Source: Chrysomallon squamiferum
Lineage: Eukaryota; Animalia; Mollusca
Assembly (NCBI GenBank): GCA_012295275.1
Contig: CM022677.1
Span: 16,802,001-16,866,000 of the forward strand
DNA: 64,000 nt
Reading direction: 5' to 3'
Shown here: one piece after another, positions 47,250-64,000 of the stretch
Numbering within the stretch: the stretch's first letter is position 1
How the letters are laid out: every line of letters begins with the position of its first letter
Translations under genes and position numbers: made by a program
The notes under the pieces: generated by a model
Told to the model about the DNA's origin: nothing
The model's input: only the letters and a program-made list of their open reading frames with translations
The model's database searches: none

Positions 47250-48330
47250 TAATAATAATAATAATACTTCACATACGGCTTTTTCTGTATTGTCTTGACT
47301 GTCTTCAATACTGCATACAGCTGAAGGATGATATTGTTGACTGTTCGGTTGCCGTCATCCGGAATCACACATCTGTATACAAGAATGCATAGTAAGACTT
47401 TAAAAGGAGATGTAGTTACGGGAGATTATTTAATTAGAAAAATAATTAGATTAGTAACAAAAACTCTATTGTTAACAACGTTCATGTCTGTATGTATGTC
47501 CCTCTTCCTCTCTGTGTTCGTATGTGTGTCTAGGCATATCTGCGTATGTGTGTTCATGTGCGTGTGTGTGTGTGTCTGTGTGTTTCTGTGTGTGTGTGTG
47601 TCTGTGTGTTTCTGTGTGTGTGTGTGTGTGTGCGTGTTTTAACATATTTTAAACACTCTATAAATATGTTTTTGTTTTCTCGAAGTGATGCTGTTAACAT
47701 CTTTCCCACCAGGAATTTAATAACGCTGTCTGTTTTGGCACTAAAAACGTGTTCAAACCATTCAGTTAATTCATTTGATGCCTGCCGACTTGAGGTTGCA
47801 GCCGAGGTGGCCATGTTTTCACTACAAATAATACTAATAATAATAATAATAATAATAATACTTCAGACACCCCTCTTCCAGTGTTGTCGTGACGTTGTTC
47901 AATGTTAGATATAGCTGAAGGAGGTAGCTGTTGGATTTTTGTTTGAAGTCATCCGTATACAGAAAGCTGTGGAAAAGACTTTAGAACGAGATATAGTTAC
48001 GGGAGATTATTTAATTGGAAAAATAATTAGATTACTAACACAAACTGTATTGTTATCAACGTTTATGTCTGTATGTATGTCTCTCTTCCTCTCTGTGTTC
48101 GTGCGTGTGTCTAGGCGTATCTGCGTATGTGTGTATGTAAGTGTTTGTGTTCGTGTTTTTTGTTTGTTTGTGTGTGTGTGTGTGTTAACATATTTTAAAC
48201 ATTCTACGAAAAATGTTATTGTTCTTGAAGTGATACTATTAACACCTTTTCGGGCTTGAATCTGTTATCTGTTTTGGTTCTAATCTTGAGGTTAAAGTTG
48301 AGGCTGTCATATTTTCACTGAAAAAAAATT
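43885..48330. repeat. Tandem array of eight ~510-630-bp units plus a partial ninth
   Basis: ttcaaaccattca(a/g)ttaattcatttg recurs at ~43893, 44402, 44952, 45509, 46048, 46577, 47122 and 47752. Each unit contains (AAT)n and (GT)n tracts. Confidence 0.95.
43994..47966 (-). other. Putative array of symmetric phase-2 exons encoding LRR-like repeats, one per tandem unit
   Basis: Pyrimidine-tract CAG| ... AA|GTATTA bounded cassettes: 47862-47966 (105 nt), 47268-47372 (105), 46708-46804 (97), 46170-46265 (96), 45620-45714 (95), 45074-45172 (99), 44527-44622 (96), 43994-44092 (99). Six of eight are multiples of 3 and open in the same phase. Confidence 0.5.
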
Positions 48331-48490
48331 TGAAAAACTGGGGAGAGAAAGTGGAAAAGAAATTGTTCGAACAGAATTGCAACAATTCGTAGATTTAAAA
48401 AAAAAAAAAAAAAAATAATGATAATAAAAAACAAAAAAAAACAACGAAATATAACAACAAAAAAAAAAACAATCATAATAACAACAACTA

Positions 48491-48690
48491 NNNNNNNNNN
48501 NNNNNNNNNNNNNNNNNNNNNNNNNNNNNNNNNNNNNNNNNNNNNNNNNNNNNNNNNNNNNNNNNNNNNNNNNNNNNNNNNNNNNNNNNNNNNNNNNNNN
48601 NNNNNNNNNNNNNNNNNNNNNNNNNNNNNNNNNNNNNNNNNNNNNNNNNNNNNNNNNNNNNNNNNNNNNNNNNNNNNNNNNNNNNNNNNN
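48491..48690. other. Assembly gap (200 N)
   Basis: Run of N between the 550-bp array flank and the 58-bp minisatellite. Confidence 1.
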
Positions 48691-49690
48691 ACTGGGAATT
48701 TATTTATTTAATTCGTTTTAACATTCACTGTACTAGACCTTCACTCGAACTGGGAATTTATTTATTTAATTCGTTTTAACATTCACTGTACTAGACCTTC
48801 ACTCGAAATGGGAATTTATTTATTTAATTCGTTTTAACATTCACTGTACTAGATCTTCACTCGAAATGGGAATTTATTTATTTAATTCGCTTTAACATTC
48901 ACTGTATTAGGTCTTAACTCGAAATGGGAATTTATTTATTTAATTCGTTTTAACATTCACTGACTAGATCTTCACTCGAACTGGTAATTTATTTATTTAA
49001 TTCGTTTTAACATTCACTGTGCTAGATCTTCACTCGAACTGGTAATTTATTTATTTAATTCGTTTTAACATTCACTGTACTAGATCTTCACTCGAACTTG
49101 GAAATTATTTATTTAATTCGTTTTAACATTCACCGTACTAGACCTTCACTGTACTAGACCTTCACTCGAACTGGAATTTTTTTTTTAATTCGTTTTAACA
49201 TTCACTGTAGTAGATCTTCACTCGAACTGAGAATTTATTTATTTAATTCGTTTTTACATTCACTGTACTAGACCGTCACTCGAACTGGGAATTTATTTAT
49301 TTAATTCGTTCTAACATTCACTGATAGCTTCACTCGAACTGGTAATTTATTTAATTCATTTTAACATTCACCGTACTAAATCTTGACTCGAACTGGAAAT
49401 TTATTTATTTAATTCGTTTTTAGATTCACTGTACTAGACCGTCACTCGAACTGGAAATTTATTTATTTAATTCGTTTTAACATTCACTGATAGCTTCACT
49501 CGAGCTGGTAATTTATTTGTTTAATTCGTTCTAACATTCACTGATAGCTTCACTCGAACTGGTAATTTATTTATTTAATTCGTTCTAACATTCACTGATA
49601 GCTTCACTCGAACTGGTAATTTATTTATTTAATTCGTTCTAACATTCACTGATAGCTTCACTCGAACTGGAAATTTATTTATTTAATTTG
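48691..49690. repeat. 58-bp minisatellite (M13-B intron 2), truncated by the gap
   Basis: Same unit and same 3' variant order as 23815-25520. Confidence 0.95.
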
Positions 49691-49854
49691 TTTTTAGCGT
49701 TCACTGCACTACCTCGCCACTAAACTGTGAACATATTCATTTAATTCTTTTTTTGTTTGTTTTTGTTCCCATTCGGTACTGTTTCCTTCTATCAATGTAT
49801 CAATAAAAAATGTAATTTAAAATTGATGCATAATTTGATATTATCCTTTCACAG

Positions 49855-62024
<12,170 letters not shown>

Positions 62025-62819
62025 GTCTGTAGCAATAACGGAAACTGTTGTTGTAGTAGTGATACAAGAAGTAGTAGTAGTAGTAGTAACAGTAGTAATA
62101 GTAATAGTAGTAACTGTAGTAGTAGTAGTAGTTGTGGGAGTAGTAGTAGTAGCAGTAATCGTAGTGGTAATAGTATTAGAAATAATCGTGGTAATAGTAT
62201 AGTAGTAGTAGTAGTAGCAATTAAAGTCATATCACGAAACGAAAGCAAAAAATAGTAGTAATAATAAACAAATAAAAATAAAAATAAATTAAAACAAATT
62301 TAGAAATAAAACAAATAAATGAGAAGAAAGGGACACAGCCAAAAAGTATAGTGGTAGTAGTTGCTGAAGTAGTAGCTGTGATAGTAACAGTGTGGTAGAA
62401 CATGTACTAGGTATTGTACTTTTACTTATTATGTCTATGTCTGTCTAGGCACCCATCCGTCGGTCTGTCTGAATCTATCTGTCAGTTTATCTATCTGTTT
62501 ACATTATTATTTAGTTTATTATGTCATTGTCTGTTTATCAGTCTATATATTAATTTATATTATTATTTAGATTATTATGTAACTGTCTGTTTATTAGTCT
62601 ATCTGTCTACTTACATTATATTTTAGATTATTTTGTAATTTTCTGTTTATCAATTTACCTATTTATTTGGATTATTATTTAGATTATTTTGTAATTTTCT
62701 GTTTATCAATTTACCTATTTATTTGGATTATTATTTAGATTATTATGTAATTGTCTCTTTATCAGTCTGTCTATTTATATTGTTATTTAGATCATTATGT
62801 CAGTATCTATTCATCAATC

Positions 62820-64000
62820 TACTTATATTATTATTTAGTTTATTATGTCATTTCTGTTTTTCTATGTTTAAATTACTGTGTAATTGTCTGTTTACCAATG
62901 TATTTGTTTATTTATATTATTATTTAGTTTATTATGTCATTTCTGTTTTTCTATGTTTAAATTACTGTGTAAGTGTCTGTTTACCAATGTATTTGTTTAT
63001 TTATATTATTATTTAGTTTATTATGTCATTTCTGTTTTTCTATGTTTAAATTACTGTGTAAGTGTCTGTTTACCAATGTATTTGTTTATTTATATTATTA
63101 TTTAGTTTATTATGTCATTTCTGTTTTTCTATGTTTAAATTACTGTGTAAGTGTCTGTTTACCAATGTATTTGTTTATTTATATTATTATTTAGTTTATT
63201 ATGCCATTTCTGTTTTTCTATGTTTAAATTACTGTGTAATTGTCTGTTTACCAATGTATTTGTTTATTTATATTATTATTTAGTTTATATTGTCATTTCT
63301 GTTTTTCTATGTTTAAATTACTGTGTAATTGTCTATTTACCAATGTATTTGTTTACTTATATTATTATTTAGTTTATATTGTCATTTCTGTTTTTCTATG
63401 TTTAAATTACTGTGTAATTGTCTGTTTACCAATGTATTTGTTTATTTTTATTATTATTTAGTTTATTATGTCATTTCTGTTTTTCTATGTTTAAATTACT
63501 GTGTAAGTGTCTGTTTACCAATGTATTTGTTTATTTATATTATTATTTAGTTTATTATGTCATTTCTGTTTTTCTATGTTTAAATTACTGTGTAATTGTC
63601 TGTTTACCAATGTATTTGTTTATTTATATTATTATTTAGTTTATTATGTCATTTCTGTTTTTCTATGTTTAAATTACTGTGTAATTGTCTGTTTACCAAT
63701 GTATTTGTTTATTTATATTATTATTTAGTTTATATTGTCATTTCTGTTTTTCTATGTTTAAATTACTGTGTAATTGTCTGTTTACCAATGTATTTGTTTA
63801 TTTATATTATTATTTAGTTTATTATGTCATTTCTGTTTTTCTATGTTTAAATTACTGTGTAATTGTCTGTTTACCAATGTATTTGTTTATTTATATTATT
63901 ATTTACTTTATTATGTCATTTCTGTTTTTCTATGTTTAAATTACTGTGTAAGTGTCTGTTTACCAATGTATTTGTTTATTTATATTATTATTTAGTTTAT
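62820..64000. repeat. 89-bp minisatellite (M13-B intron 19), runs off the window end
   Basis: Same unit as 38250-39527. Confidence 0.95.

Overview
AT-rich, microsatellite-dense animal (invertebrate, mollusc-like by inference) genomic DNA with a 200-N assembly gap at 48491-48690. It has four main components. (1) A birth-and-death cluster of intronless prolyl 4-hydroxylase alpha-subunit (P4HA) genes: one intact 502-aa copy (4006-5514, minus), four large disrupted copies and four small decayed remnants on both strands. (2) A complete 22-coding-exon type II membrane M13 (neprilysin/ECE-like) zinc peptidase gene (21405-41271, ~733 aa) and a near-identical second copy (49855 to beyond the window end). 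Their exons differ more than their introns, mostly by amino-acid replacements, including the neprilysin Arg102-equivalent. (3) A ~550-bp tandem array (43.9-48.3 kb) in which each unit contains a hypervariable minus-strand exon-like cassette with LRR-like translation, frame-preserving in six of eight units. (4) Intronic minisatellites and fragments of Tc1/mariner, LINE and MITE elements. Most short ORFs in the supplied track are microsatellite artefacts. Exon boundaries and substitution counts were read by hand and need confirmation.
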